Shown one piece after another: positions 10,201 to 19,959 of a stretch of DNA of 64,000 bases. Source of the DNA: Terriglobia bacterium (GTDB lineage Bacteria; Acidobacteriota; Terriglobia; 2-12-FULL-54-10); the NCBI GenBank assembly GCA_963666975.2, contig CAXVYR010000003.1, positions 800,001 to 864,000 of the forward strand, given 5' to 3'. Made by a program: the position numbers and the translations under genes. The notes under the pieces were generated by a model. That model did not search any database. It had not been told where the DNA came from and was given only the letters and a program-made list of their open reading frames with translations. The first letter of the stretch is position 1, and each line of letters begins with the position of its first letter.

Positions 10201-10911
10201 GGCGTCGGCTCCCAACTGCCCTCCAGCGGCACTGCGCGGCACTCGATTGTCCGTGCCGTTGATGTCCGTCCCGTCCAACATAAAGGCGTTCCACTCGCCG
10301 CGCCCGCCTGAGACTGTAATGCTGGAACTCTGACCTCCCTGCCGTCCGCCACCTGAAGGGTCGCTCACTCCAGCCTGCAAGGTGAGCAACTGTGTATAGC
10401 TTCGCCCGTTCATCGGCAACCCGACCAATTCAGACTCATCAATTATGGTGGTAGCCACAGCGGATTGCGACTGCCCAGTCGTGGTGTCCTCTCTCTGCTG
10501 AGAACCCACGGGGCTGGGTTCCACTCGAAACTCCTCCCGCGTCGTCTCTCCTGCCTCTAACGCCACCCATTTTCGTTGCTGGGTGAGAAAGCCAACTGCT
10601 GACACTATCAAACGATACCTTCCCGGTGCCAGTCCTCTCAGTTCGTATTCACCACGAGCGTCCGTTTCAGTTTTCAATGCCTTCGTGGAAGAGACGTCCT
10701 CTACTGTCAGCACTGCCTGTGCCACTGGCGACCCGGAGATCGAGAGCACGCTGCCTCTCAAGGTCGCCGTTTCCTCTCCCCGAGCCCCCGAATCAAGAAC
10801 AAAGAGAAATCCCACTCCCAGCAGAACTCTACAAATCTTTTGCCATCGTGTGATTTCGTACTTTGCGAGAGCTGCAACTTGGCTGGGAAGGAATATCAGA
10901 GTGTGCAACAT
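7240..10911 (-). CDS. TonB-dependent receptor with N-terminal carboxypeptidase-regulatory-like domain (Oar-like)
   Basis: LPMNGRSY, TRSGSNEWHG.LFEFLRNS..DA.DFF, RNQFG and C-terminal RQIQFALRLSF; ATG at 10911 preferred over the overlapping longer ORF. Confidence 0.9.
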   Translation of the reverse strand: MLHTLIFLPSQVAALAKYEITRWQKICRVLLGVGFLFVLDSGARGEETATLRGSVLSISGSPVAQAVLTVEDVSSTKALKTETDARGEYELRGLAPGRYRLIVSAVGFLTQQRKWVALEAGETTREEFRVEPSPVGSQQREDTTTGQSQSAVATTIIDESELVGLPMNGRSYTQLLTLQAGVSDPSGGGRQGGQSSSITVSGGRGEWNAFMLDGTDINGTDNRVPRSAAGGQLGADAVLQVQIFSANYGAQYGRAAGGVMNAITRSGSNEWHGGLFEFLRNSKMDAHDFFDPPEKPPFKRNQFGATVTGPMIREKTFFMTSFEVLLNRLTQNVVSFVPDNEARRGILSLPGREPIIANTKVLPYLALYPLPQVPLLDRNGDPTGVAENRTSARLPTSEYFFAARIDQRLSNHDALFGRYTFDDADQMAVGSTAELPWRIKSRQQYLTLAETHFFSPTLLNTFRASYTRPTSTFNSAHAREIPRSLFFVPSAPRYGQLHVAGLTRFAAHFDAPAGKTMNSFQFADDLIYRSGSHTWKLGTLIERFQWNVFDNHALGGIWTFSSLENLFRLGEGTKLKLALPGSSSERDFRQTLLGFYFQDDYQLRPNIALSLGLRYEFTTKIHDTRGRDVYLLDVLLDSEPRLGQLMSSNPSLRNLAPRFGLSWSPGNDRRTQVRAGVGIYHEPLLEYTVENLRRTLPFYKYALRPNFEALETFPDAVAAARGDAGQLRIFDYHNPKNPVIYRYNLSLQRQLTPRWTAEISYVGARGNHLLRTFEANLYPFAVRQPDGKLFLPPDPEWVKPDGNLYCSSDPNRPQTPPDSHEPSLRPNFEALETFPDAVAAARGDAGQLRIFDYHNPKNPVIYRYNLSLQRQLTPRWTAEISYVGARGNHLLRTFEANLYPFAVRQPDGKLFLPPDPEWVKPDGNLYSSSDPNRPQTPPDNVMNPAFGSIQRTLTDAQSFYNSGYVSINGDFGRNFTLGANYTYSKSVDDASSVRGLQEHYGLDRKLNRGLSTFDRRHNFSLRYFYSPPIGSGQRWFNSGWLSSLIGGWRFGGILSLRSGSAFGVSYGIPSTGFLFVSQRPNLTPFYNRDPTNGVTAGCRHPLTGQMLIEPDLKLGGPDLYFDPCAFQPPEPGYIGDAGRTTLTGPGIVNLDFSLQKEFRIDSERNLQFRAEFFNLANHPNFQAPGGPPTAIFRDGGTINPSAGKIRSTATTPRQIQFALRLSF
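8076..8805. repeat. Intragenic tandem duplication of ~365 bp in the TonB receptor
   Basis: 8076.. and 8441.. copies differ by one 2-bp indel and one substitution; net insertion 363 bp. Confidence 0.95.
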
Positions 10912-11008
10912 TAGCCTTTCTTCTGGAATTTCCTTTATAAAGTCCTGGTCGTGTAAATTATACACCCAACACCTTTTGTGGGGGATTTTTGCGGGAGCAG
11001 AGCGTCCG

Positions 11009-12319
11009 CTATGGCACGCCCGGTGAACTCTTCCAATAGGCGGGTAGATTCGGTTTGGTATCGAGGAGGATCCCCAGCACGGCCCGGCGGTCCTCCGCCG
11101 ACAGGCGCGCGAACTTCGGGCTGGCATCCTTGCCGGTCAGGGCACCGGTCGGGACACCAGTCAGGACATCGTAGAGCGCGCGCAAAACCTCTTCCCGAGC
11201 TGCGTCCGGAATGCTGTCGAACGCCTCGCTGTACACCATATAACTCAGCGGATAGCGAAACAGCCGCTCCTGCAGGTCGAAATCACGCAGGGAGCGCCCC
11301 TGCGCATCGCGCGGGCCGCGCTGCTCGAAAGTTTCCGTAAACGTGGAGTCCCCTTCGATGCGTTTCTGAATCGGCGCTTCGTCCGCAAAAAGCATATAGG
11401 TCACCAGTTCATCGACGAGGAAATCCAGCCGCTGGCGAAACTCCTCCAGCTTCCCTTCTTCCGCAGCAACCCGCACCTCCCAGCCAATCCGCAGGATCAA
11501 GTTCGTCATACGGGTCTGATGCTCAAGCGTCATCAACGCAACAATATCGCTGGAGGGACTCAGGTAGGCGGATTTGTTAAACGGCTCCTCCCAGCCTGCC
11601 AGGTTCCGGCCTTCGCTGCGGCCAGCCCCAGCGTTGTCCGCGATGGCCACTCCCCTGTGTGTGATCCCGCCAAGCGTTCCGCTGACGTACCATCCGCCCC
11701 AACGGTCTTCCAATGGAATGCGGTGATCGGTGGCGAACGCGCGCGTGAAGGGCGACCCATCGGGCCGGGGGACCGTGGAACTGACCACGATGCCCGGAAC
11801 ATTCAGCGTCGCAGGACCCATGTGGCACTGCAAGCAGGACATCACTTGGCGGCTGAAGCTGGGCGCACCGGACGAACGATTCGCCAGCGTGTAGAAGACC
11901 ATGCCTTGGGTGGGATCGAGAGCCGCCACTTCCAGCACCTGGCTGTTTCGCACAAACGCAATGGATACGCTGTCATTGAAGTAAATCGCCCGCGGCCTTG
12001 CCGGAGAAATGCGGGAAACCTGCGAGCTGGTTTTGGAAAAGACCAGCACCTGCGAATCGACGCTGATTCCAAGGTTCTGCAGTAAGCTGGGCAGATATCC
12101 CCGCTCCGTGTCAAACTCCAGCTTCGCTTCCCCCTTCTCCATCTGACTTTGCAGACGGGCTACGGGGTCATCTGCCGGACGTTCCAGATATTGGATTGCG
12201 CTGTGATCGAAAGGGATAGGAGAGTAATCAAAATTTGCGTCATGCCCTTGCAGCGCCCACCCGGTCCCCATAAACACCATGCTCACGGTTCCCAGCAGCA
12301 ACAAGCATCGAGCGATCAC
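11009..12319 (-). CDS. Secreted monoheme c-type cytochrome domain protein
   Basis: GTG at 12319 with GGAGG; signal peptide; CLQCH heme motif; SQVLVFSKTS and RWGGWYV motifs. Confidence 0.7.
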   Translation of the reverse strand: MIARCLLLLGTVSMVFMGTGWALQGHDANFDYSPIPFDHSAIQYLERPADDPVARLQSQMEKGEAKLEFDTERGYLPSLLQNLGISVDSQVLVFSKTSSQVSRISPARPRAIYFNDSVSIAFVRNSQVLEVAALDPTQGMVFYTLANRSSGAPSFSRQVMSCLQCHMGPATLNVPGIVVSSTVPRPDGSPFTRAFATDHRIPLEDRWGGWYVSGTLGGITHRGVAIADNAGAGRSEGRNLAGWEEPFNKSAYLSPSSDIVALMTLEHQTRMTNLILRIGWEVRVAAEEGKLEEFRQRLDFLVDELVTYMLFADEAPIQKRIEGDSTFTETFEQRGPRDAQGRSLRDFDLQERLFRYPLSYMVYSEAFDSIPDAAREEVLRALYDVLTGVPTGALTGKDASPKFARLSAEDRRAVLGILLDTKPNLPAYWKSSPGVP

Positions 12320-12437
12320 GGGCTTCCTCCAGCAATTCCGGCAACACCTCCTAAGCATACGGCAATGGGCGGCCCTTGCGAAAATTTATGGCGCAGGCGG
12401 CATAGCCAGGCAGTATGGCGCAGGCAATAGTGACAGA

Positions 12438-14018
12438 TCACTGAGCCTTCTCCATCACCGCCGCGAACTCTCGGAATGAAAGCGGGGGGCCGTGAACTCG
12501 CACAATGCGGTCCACGTTGAGACCTTCCTGCTTGACAAAAGCATAGTAAGCGCGCGCCCGGTCTTCGATATTGGAGGGGTCAAAACTGCCGGTCACCAAA
12601 TCGGCCGTAAGAGTAATCCGCTCCCGTGGCATATAAAGCGCCAGCATGTCCCGGACATGCGGGTTCGGGAGGGGATAAATCTGCACCACGCGGCTTCCGT
12701 CGGTGTACTCCTTCATGCTGTCCACGCCCTCCACGGCATATTGCGGCGGGCTGCCGGAACTTGCCCCCGCGCCTGCCAGGGAATCGGGATTGATGGTTTT
12801 CGGCGCTTTGAGCACGCCCTCCACGAAGGGCACGATATTGGCATGGGCGATGATGGTGGCGCCTTCCGCGGCATAGGTCCGGACGCCTCCGGAGTGATCC
12901 TGATGATAGTGCGTCATCATGGTGTACCGGATGGGCTTGTCAGGAAATTTTTCTTTTATCGCTGCGATGACCTCAAGGGACCGCTCCTCAAACAGCGGCG
13001 CTTCGAAGGTCATGACGTGATCCGCCATCTCAACGACCAGCGACTGATGCCCCGCCCCCTTCGCCAGCCATACGCCGGGGACCACTTCCTCCAGCGTGGC
13101 GTCCTGCGGGCCTGCGTAATACATATAGGTGACACCCATCGACACACGGCGCAACGGCCATTGGGAGATTATTCGCTCGCCGGGCTCCGGCGCCTGCCGC
13201 ACTGGTTCCGGAATGGCGAAGGCCGCGGAATCGACGGAGGGATTGTTTTGTATCTCCTGGATGGTTTCCTTCCGGATGAGCTGGCCATTCAAGGTTTTTT
13301 CCTGGCTGAAGGGAAGCATCACTCCGCTGACGTCCCTCCAATCGGTCCATACAAAGGCATTTCGGGTGTCGCTAAAGGTGACGTCGTCTTCAAGGTATGC
13401 CGCGCTCGCCGGCAGATGCGTGGCCGCGTCGATGCGCAGCTCCACCGTCTGGCCCGCATCCTGGTAGCGCAACACCTGAACGGAGTGTCCGCCGCCGGAT
13501 CCCTCTTCCTCTTTATCCGGAACACGGTCCAGCCCCTGGGCCTCGCTTGCCGTCAGCAGCACCCGAACCGGCATGCGGCGCAGGTTACGCAGCCGCGTTA
13601 CATAAACGCTCCCGTGCATGCGGCTTTGCGTGACCTCGCCGCCCGAGCCCGTCTCCTCCCGCATGCCGGCATCCCCTTCTATGACCTCCGTATAAGAAAG
13701 CGACCGTTCTCTTGGATAATATAAATCCCCGCTGTACTCCATTCGGGCCGCTTCTTTTTCATAGTCGGCTGTCCGCGTGATCGAAAAATCGCTCACGTGG
13801 CGCGAGTCGCCTGGATACATCGCCTGTATGGGGTCCCAATCGGACCCTTCACTGACGACGCGCTGCGTTCCGACATTTCGCAACGCCTCCCAGCCGCCCA
13901 TCGCCGCTGCGGCTTCGTCGAGCGCCCGGCGCGCGGCGACTTCCCCGGTTTGCGGCCCGGAACATCCGGCTGCCGCCACTAGCACGAGCAGAACAAAAAT
14001 GGCTAGTCGCAATTTCAT
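12438..14018 (-). CDS. Lipoprotein with C-terminal MBL-fold metallo-hydrolase domain
   Basis: Lipobox AAGC; THYHQDHSGG, PH, TAD and VHG motifs. Confidence 0.8.
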   Translation of the reverse strand: MKLRLAIFVLLVLVAAAGCSGPQTGEVAARRALDEAAAAMGGWEALRNVGTQRVVSEGSDWDPIQAMYPGDSRHVSDFSITRTADYEKEAARMEYSGDLYYPRERSLSYTEVIEGDAGMREETGSGGEVTQSRMHGSVYVTRLRNLRRMPVRVLLTASEAQGLDRVPDKEEEGSGGGHSVQVLRYQDAGQTVELRIDAATHLPASAAYLEDDVTFSDTRNAFVWTDWRDVSGVMLPFSQEKTLNGQLIRKETIQEIQNNPSVDSAAFAIPEPVRQAPEPGERIISQWPLRRVSMGVTYMYYAGPQDATLEEVVPGVWLAKGAGHQSLVVEMADHVMTFEAPLFEERSLEVIAAIKEKFPDKPIRYTMMTHYHQDHSGGVRTYAAEGATIIAHANIVPFVEGVLKAPKTINPDSLAGAGASSGSPPQYAVEGVDSMKEYTDGSRVVQIYPLPNPHVRDMLALYMPRERITLTADLVTGSFDPSNIEDRARAYYAFVKQEGLNVDRIVRVHGPPLSFREFAAVMEKAQ

Positions 14019-14228
14019 TATTCTGATCATTAGTTTTGATCCTCATCGCGTGCAGGTTTGTATGCGCCAAATCATACTCCAGTTGTCTTGTCCGCTCGAC
14101 AAGAAATTGAACCAAAATATATTGAAAACCTTCCGGCTCATGACCTCGTCGCGGCGACGCTGCTTTTGACAATCGCAAGTGGTAGAATCTGAATGCCTGT
14201 TAGATTCCAAGTGAAAGCCAGAATCAGG

Positions 14229-15836
14229 ATGACGAAGAAAAACTCGCCGGTGCAGCCGGTTTCCTTCACCACGGTAAGCGGGGTTCCCATCAAGGAACTC
14301 TACACCTCGGCTGACCTTCCCGGCTTTGACTACGCGCGGGAGTTGGGCGACCCCGGCCAGCAGCCCTATGTGCGGGGCATCCATTCGGATATGTACCGGG
14401 GCCGTCTCTGGACGATGCGGCAGTTCAGCGGCTTTGCCAGCCCGGAAGAGACCAACCAGCGCTATCGTTATCTGCTTTCCCAGGGACAAGCCGGCCTCTC
14501 GGTGGCCTTCGATCTGCCCACCCTGATGGGTTACGACGCCGACGACCCACTGGCCGAAGGCGAGGTGGGCAAATGCGGCGTCTCAATCTCGTCGCTCGAA
14601 GACATGGAAATCCTCTTCCGCGACATCCCGCTGGAGCGGATCACCACCTCAATGACCATCAACTCCCCCGCCGCCGTGCTGTGGGCGATGTATCTGGCCG
14701 TTGCCGAGAAGCAAGGCGCGGACTGGAAGAAGATTTCCGGCACCATTCAGAACGACATCTTGAAGGAGTACATTGCCCAGAAGGAGTTCATCTACCCGCC
14801 TGCTCCTTCCCTGCGGCTGGTCATCGACACCATTGAGTTCAGCGCGCAACAGACGCCCCGTTTTCATCCCATCTCGATCAGCGGGTATCACATCCGCGAG
14901 GCGGGCTCGACCGCCGTGCAGGAGCTGGCCTTCACCCTGCGGGACGGGATCGAATACGTCGAGGCCGCCATCGCGCGCGGTCTCGCAGTGGACGATTTCG
15001 CCCCCCGGCTCTCGTTTTTCTTCAATGCCCACAATGACTTTTTCGAGGAGATCGCCAAGTACCGCGCGGCGCGGAAAATCTGGGCGGCCGTCATGCGGGA
15101 GCGGTTCGGGGCCAAAAACCCGCGCTCCTGGATGTGCCGGTTCCATACCCAGACCGCCGGATGCTCCTTGACGGCCCAGCAGCCCTACAACAATGTTGTG
15201 AGGACCACGATCCAGGCGCTGGCCGCCATTCTGGGCGGAACGCAGTCGCTGCATACGAACTCTCTCGATGAGGCGCTGTCGCTGCCCACCGAGGAGGCCG
15301 CCACGCTGGCGCTCCGCACGCAGCAGGTGCTGGCGCATGAGAGCGGCGTGACGGATACGGTGGACCCCCTGGGCGGCTCATATTTCTTGGAGCGCCTCAC
15401 AATGGACATGGAGCAGGCCTGCTATAAGTATTTTGAGGAGATCGACGGCATGGGCGGCATGGTTCGCGCCATCGAGCGGGGTTTCCCGCAACGGGAGATC
15501 GCACAGGCCTCTTACCGCTATCAGCGCGCGGTTGAGTCCGGCGAGAAGCTGATTGTCGGCGTCAATGCTTTTTGCGGAGATCAAGACCAGCCGGAGATTC
15601 TCTCCATCGACCACTCAGCAGGAGAGCGCCAGGTTGAAAAGCTCCGCCGCTTGCGCTCCAGGCGCGACGCGGGCCGCGCACAGGCGGCGCTCGATGCGCT
15701 GGAAGTCGCCGCCCGTGGCAGTGACAACTTGATGCCCCCGATCCTCGAATGCGTCCGTGCCTACTGCACCGTAGGCGAGGTCTCCAACCGCCTCCGGGCA
15801 GTTTTCGGAGTCTATCAAGAAGTAAGCGTGATTTGA
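14229..15836 (+). CDS. B12-dependent acyl-CoA mutase large subunit (substrate-binding domain only), isobutyryl-CoA mutase-like
   Basis: [41 protein letters not shown] and QSLHTN motifs; no B12-binding domain. Confidence 0.9.
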   Translation: MTKKNSPVQPVSFTTVSGVPIKELYTSADLPGFDYARELGDPGQQPYVRGIHSDMYRGRLWTMRQFSGFASPEETNQRYRYLLSQGQAGLSVAFDLPTLMGYDADDPLAEGEVGKCGVSISSLEDMEILFRDIPLERITTSMTINSPAAVLWAMYLAVAEKQGADWKKISGTIQNDILKEYIAQKEFIYPPAPSLRLVIDTIEFSAQQTPRFHPISISGYHIREAGSTAVQELAFTLRDGIEYVEAAIARGLAVDDFAPRLSFFFNAHNDFFEEIAKYRAARKIWAAVMRERFGAKNPRSWMCRFHTQTAGCSLTAQQPYNNVVRTTIQALAAILGGTQSLHTNSLDEALSLPTEEAATLALRTQQVLAHESGVTDTVDPLGGSYFLERLTMDMEQACYKYFEEIDGMGGMVRAIERGFPQREIAQASYRYQRAVESGEKLIVGVNAFCGDQDQPEILSIDHSAGERQVEKLRRLRSRRDAGRAQAALDALEVAARGSDNLMPPILECVRAYCTVGEVSNRLRAVFGVYQEVSVI

Positions 15837-15859
15837 GTCAATCCGGGCCGGGACTCAAT

Positions 15860-15885
15860 CCGAGCCACGACCGTGAGGGAGTGGA
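15860..15885. repeat. REP-like repeat CCGAGCCACGACCGTGAGGGAGTGG
   Basis: Reverse-complement matches at ~22555-22580 and ~35819-35844. Confidence 0.7.
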
Positions 15886-15900
15886 CCACTCAGACGCTTC

Positions 15901-15940
15901 GTTGTCATCCCGAGTGAGCGCAGCGACGAGGGATATGCAC
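15901..15940. repeat. GTCATCCCGAG-type REP-like repeat (copy L1)
   Basis: Direct copy at 16797-16836; inverted copy at 17151-17182. Confidence 0.85.
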
Positions 15941-16094
15941 TTAATCCGGTATAATTGCCCCCGCCGCCTTCAGAATCAGGCGCTCCGAAGCATCTCCAAT
16001 CCGGTATAATTGCCCCGACCCAGCCGTCTTATGCAGACACGAACTGGCTTGATGCCAGTCAGCATAATCAAATAGTAAGGCCGACAAAATAAAG

Positions 16095-16781
16095 ATGCTG
16101 AAACGCTACAAAAACGAGTTTTTCAAAACTATACAAAGTGCGGGATTAGACATATCAGACTTTTCCGGAGAAGAGATATTTTACAAAGAATATCCCGCGT
16201 TCAAAATAACTTACACGCCCGGTAACATTTTTTTTGTTGCCCGCCACTTCAAAGATGATCCCAAACTGTTCGATTGCATGTATGCGCAGTTTACCGGCAC
16301 GAACCCTCCGCCGGAAATAGGGCTAATTCCCGAAGAGGGCTGGTATATTTTTGAGGCAGTCATATCTACATTTCAACGGTGGTTAGACAACGAGGTTAGG
16401 GTGACGATGGAAGAGGCACTCATCCCCGACCTCTGGTCACAAGCTACCTCCAGCTTCATCGAAGCGCACCCAATCGATAGCCAAGAGGCATCCAACTTCA
16501 CAGAGGAAGAGCGGGAGCAGATAAAGTTGGCGGCATCTACCTTTCGGCTTCTTGTTCAGGAGACCTTCGCTCCAACGGAAGATCAGCGAACAGTGGTCGC
16601 CGAGCAGTTAGCATATTTGGCGTCCTCTGTTGATCGATTAAACCGCTTTGACTGGAAAGCGGTAGCTATATCCACACTCATGGCTATTTCAGTGGCTTTG
16701 AGTTTAGACACCGAGCGAGGACGACAGCTATACGGTCTCTTTCAGCAGGCCTTTAGCGCACTCACTCATCTACTTAGATAG
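16095..16781 (+). CDS. Hypothetical protein, lower GC, with hydrophobic C-terminal helix
   Basis: 228-aa ORF with AT-richer codons; no family recognised. Confidence 0.7.
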   Translation: MLKRYKNEFFKTIQSAGLDISDFSGEEIFYKEYPAFKITYTPGNIFFVARHFKDDPKLFDCMYAQFTGTNPPPEIGLIPEEGWYIFEAVISTFQRWLDNEVRVTMEEALIPDLWSQATSSFIEAHPIDSQEASNFTEEEREQIKLAASTFRLLVQETFAPTEDQRTVVAEQLAYLASSVDRLNRFDWKAVAISTLMAISVALSLDTERGRQLYGLFQQAFSALTHLLR

Positions 16782-16796
16782 GGGGCTAACCCCCAA

Positions 16797-17182
16797 GTTG
16801 TCATCCCGAGCGAGCGAAGCGACGAGGGATCTGCACGTAAAACCACTCTCCGATGCCATACTACGTTTATATTCTGGCGAGTCGGTCTAGGAATCTTTAC
16901 ACAGGTGTTACCAACAACATTTACCGAAGGCTTTGGGAGCACCGCGAAGGGCAATCGACCGGCTTTACAAAACGGTATCGGATTCATCGCTTGGTTTACT
17001 TGGAACCCCATGAAGACGTGCGAACTGCTATTGCTCGTGAAAAACAGATCAAGGCGTGGCGGCGGGCGAAAAGGGTGGCACTGATCGAGGCTGGCAACCC
17101 CGCATGGGATGACTTAACAGCGGGTTGGTTTGTAGCTACGGGAAAGAGAAGTGCAGATCCCTCGCTGCGCTCGGGATGACAA
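16797..17182. repeat. Inverted REP-like pair flanking the GIY-YIG gene
   Basis: GTTGTCATCCCGAGCG...GAGGGATCTGCAC (16797-16836) vs GTGCAGATCCCTCGCTGCGCTCGGGATGACAA (17151-17182). Confidence 0.9.
16853..17179 (+). CDS. GIY-YIG nuclease (UPF0213/YhbQ-like)
   Basis: YYVYIL...LYTGVT...RRL.EH, AIAREKQIK and NP.W.DL motifs. Confidence 0.92.
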   Translation: MPYYVYILASRSRNLYTGVTNNIYRRLWEHREGQSTGFTKRYRIHRLVYLEPHEDVRTAIAREKQIKAWRRAKRVALIEAGNPAWDDLTAGWFVATGKRSADPSLRSG

Positions 17183-17283
17183 GCGAAGGGCTCGGGATGG
17201 CATCGGAAAGATATAAAGCTAGGGAATACACCTATGGTAAAAATGGTTTAGAAATTTAGGTGCGTCCTTATAGGAGAACCGCA

Positions 17284-18456
17284 TTGACCCAAACCGTCGA
17301 AACCAATCGCCCGCCGTTAACCCTCCTCACCCCGGAAGAGGAACTCTTCCAATCCTCCGTCCGGCAGTTTGCTCGGGACAAAATTGCTCCGCTGGTCCGG
17401 GAGATGGACGAGAAGGGCGAGTTCCGCCGGGAGTTGATTGACGACTTTTTCCGGATGGAGTGGATGGGTATCGAAATTCCGGAAGCCCTGGGAGGCTCAG
17501 GCGGGAGCTTCTTTAACTGCATCCTGGCCATTGAGGAACTCTCCGCCGTGGACCCCTCCGCCGCAGTCATCGTGGACGTCCACAACACCCTGGTGAACAA
17601 CGCTGTGCTGCGCTGGGCGACCGAAGATCAGAAAAAGCGCTACCTGCCCCGCCTGGCCGCAGACACGATGGGCGCTTACGCGCTTTCGGAAGCCGGAGCC
17701 GGAAGCGACGCCTTTGCTCTGGCCACGGTTGCCGATGACCGGGGCGACCACTTCCTGCTCCGTGGCCGGAAGCTGTGGATCAGCAATGCCCGCGAGGCCG
17801 GGCTGTTTCTTCTGTTTGCCAACGCCAACCCGGAGGCGGGCCACCGGGGGATCACCGCCTTCCTGGTGGAGAGAGGCTTCCCCGGCTTCGAGGTCGGACG
17901 AAAAGAAGACAAGCTCGGCATCCGCGCCAGTAGCACATGCGAGTTGCTGCTCGATGACTGCCGCGTGCCGCGCGAAAACGTGCTGGGCAAGATCGGGGAA
18001 GGCTACAAGATCGCCATCGAGACGCTGAACGAGGGGCGCATCGGCATCGGCGCGCAGATGATCGGGCTGGCCCGAGGGGCGCTCGATCATGCCATACGCT
18101 ATTCCAAGGAGCGCAAGCAGTTCGGCAAGGCCATCGCGGATTTCCAGGCTGTGCAGTTCCAACTGGCGGAGATGGCAACGGAGATTGAGGCCGCGCGGCT
18201 GATGGTCTATAACGCCGCGCGCCTGCGCGATGCGGGCCAGCCCTTCCTGAAAGAGGCCGCCATGACCAAGTACTTCACCTCCCAAGTCGCCGAGCGCGCC
18301 GCCTCGCTGGCCGTTGAAATCTTCGGCGGCTACGGCTTTACCCGCGACTACCCGGTCGAAAAGCTTTACCGCGACGCCAAGATCGGAAAAATCTACGAGG
18401 GCACCTCCAACATGCAGCTCCAGACCATCGCCCGCGCCATACTCGGTGCGCGGTGA
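17284..18456 (+). CDS. Acyl-CoA dehydrogenase (short/branched-chain type)
   Basis: TTG after AGGAG; ALSEAGAGSD, KLWISN, KLGIRAS, RKQFG and IYEGTSNMQ motifs. Confidence 0.92.
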   Translation: MTQTVETNRPPLTLLTPEEELFQSSVRQFARDKIAPLVREMDEKGEFRRELIDDFFRMEWMGIEIPEALGGSGGSFFNCILAIEELSAVDPSAAVIVDVHNTLVNNAVLRWATEDQKKRYLPRLAADTMGAYALSEAGAGSDAFALATVADDRGDHFLLRGRKLWISNAREAGLFLLFANANPEAGHRGITAFLVERGFPGFEVGRKEDKLGIRASSTCELLLDDCRVPRENVLGKIGEGYKIAIETLNEGRIGIGAQMIGLARGALDHAIRYSKERKQFGKAIADFQAVQFQLAEMATEIEAARLMVYNAARLRDAGQPFLKEAAMTKYFTSQVAERAASLAVEIFGGYGFTRDYPVEKLYRDAKIGKIYEGTSNMQLQTIARAILGAR

Positions 18457-18662
18457 GGACGAATGCCGTCATGGAGCATCAGCAGTCTGCTCCAGAAACC
18501 GTCTAGCGACCTTCGTGTCCATTCCTTCCACTGCTCCTTCCACTGCCCTGCCCATTCGGACGTCTCCCGGCAAAGGATTTCGGGCAAAGTGGAGAGGTTT
18601 CCATTCGGGCAGACAATTTGTCCGGCACTAGCCAAACACAACGAGCAGGAGTATGATCGGCT

Positions 18663-18701
18663 AAAGTAAGGGCGCAAAAGTAAGGGCGCAAAAGTAAGGG
18701 C
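18663..18701. repeat. 14-bp tandem repeat (AAAAGTAAGGGCGC, ~2.8 copies)
   Basis: Seen directly. Confidence 0.9.
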
Positions 18702-18766
18702 AATGAGACAGCGCCTGAGATGGCAGATGCGACAGAGAAAAGTAAAAAGTAAAGTGGTGTGACTGT

Positions 18767-19810
18767 ATGTATTCCTTTCGCACGGCCCTCTTGCTTCTTT
18801 TCTTCTGGGCAGCCATCCCCGCGCAGGCCCAGTTGCCGGATTCCTTCAGTGGCTGGGGAACAAAAAGCTTCCAGCCGATTCCCCCAACCCATCTCACACA
18901 GTTCGTGGGAGACGACGCCTCCCTGCTGGAAGAATACGGCTTTGCCGCAGGGGAGCGGCGGGAATATGAAAAGGGAGGCGCGACTCTCTCCGCCACCTTG
19001 TGGAAGATGCAGGACGCCAGCGGCAGCTTTGGACTCTTCACCTTTCTCCGGGAGCCGGGAACCACCCCGGTCGAGATGCCGGACCGGGCCGCAGCAGGAC
19101 CGGACCGTTTACTGCTCCAGCGCGGGATCTACCTGCTGGAGGTCCAGGGAGCGCAACTGACGCCGGACGAGGTGGAACTGCTGCTTGAAAACCTCCCGCC
19201 GATGCGCGAGTCGAGAACCCAGTTGCCCTTGCTCCCCTCTTACCTGCCGGAAGAGGACTTGGTTGCCCAATCGCAAAAGTACCTGATGGGGCCCGTTGCC
19301 TTTGAGCGGATCGAACAGGATTTACCCTCTGCCGTCATTGGTTTTGACATGGGGGCCGAGGCCACGATAGCGCAGTACCGCATCGGGGGCAACGCGGTTC
19401 GCCTGCTGCTCGTCAGCTATCCCACGCCTCAAATGGCCGCAAAAAAACTGCGGAACTTCGAGCAAACCCCTCCTCTCGGCCAGGACCGCCCCCTCTACAT
19501 TGAGCGAAAGAGTTCCCTGCTCTGCTTTGTCCTGGACGCGGCGAACCCGACCCTGGCGGATGTTTTGTTCAGCCAGGTCAACTATAGGATTTCGGTCACT
19601 TGGAACCAGTACGTCCCTACGCCAAAGGACAACTTCGCTCAAATGATGCTGAACATATTTATGTTGGCTGGGTTCGTTCTGATGTTTGCCTTCGTGACCG
19701 GCCTTTCTTATGGGGGAGTTCGCCTCCTGGCAAAGAAGTTCTTCCCGATACCTATTTTCGACCGCCCGTCGCAGGTTGAGATCATTCAGTTGCGCATAGA
19801 CGACCGGTAA
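18767..19810 (+). CDS. Exported/membrane-anchored hypothetical protein (DUF6599-like)
   Basis: Signal peptide (AQA); C-terminal TM helix; LLEEYGF and MQDASGSFGLF motifs. Confidence 0.65.
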   Translation: MYSFRTALLLLFFWAAIPAQAQLPDSFSGWGTKSFQPIPPTHLTQFVGDDASLLEEYGFAAGERREYEKGGATLSATLWKMQDASGSFGLFTFLREPGTTPVEMPDRAAAGPDRLLLQRGIYLLEVQGAQLTPDEVELLLENLPPMRESRTQLPLLPSYLPEEDLVAQSQKYLMGPVAFERIEQDLPSAVIGFDMGAEATIAQYRIGGNAVRLLLVSYPTPQMAAKKLRNFEQTPPLGQDRPLYIERKSSLLCFVLDAANPTLADVLFSQVNYRISVTWNQYVPTPKDNFAQMMLNIFMLAGFVLMFAFVTGLSYGGVRLLAKKFFPIPIFDRPSQVEIIQLRIDDR

Positions 19811-19959
19811 CATATTGTGGCTGTTGCCAGATACCGTCATATTTGGTGAAAAAGGAGGAATCTGGAAATACTATTTACCATATATTGACAATTATTGTAA
19901 TGTTTGTAACTGCATGATAAATAACATGTTATTTAATTTATATTTGTCTTAAATTTCCC

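Noticed and set aside
12492-13724. 410-aa ORF on the + strand
   Set aside because: Antisense shadow of the MBL lipoprotein, typical of GC-rich DNA
18463-18669. 68-aa ORF after the acyl-CoA dehydrogenase
   Set aside because: Contains a short tandem duplication and no motif; likely non-coding
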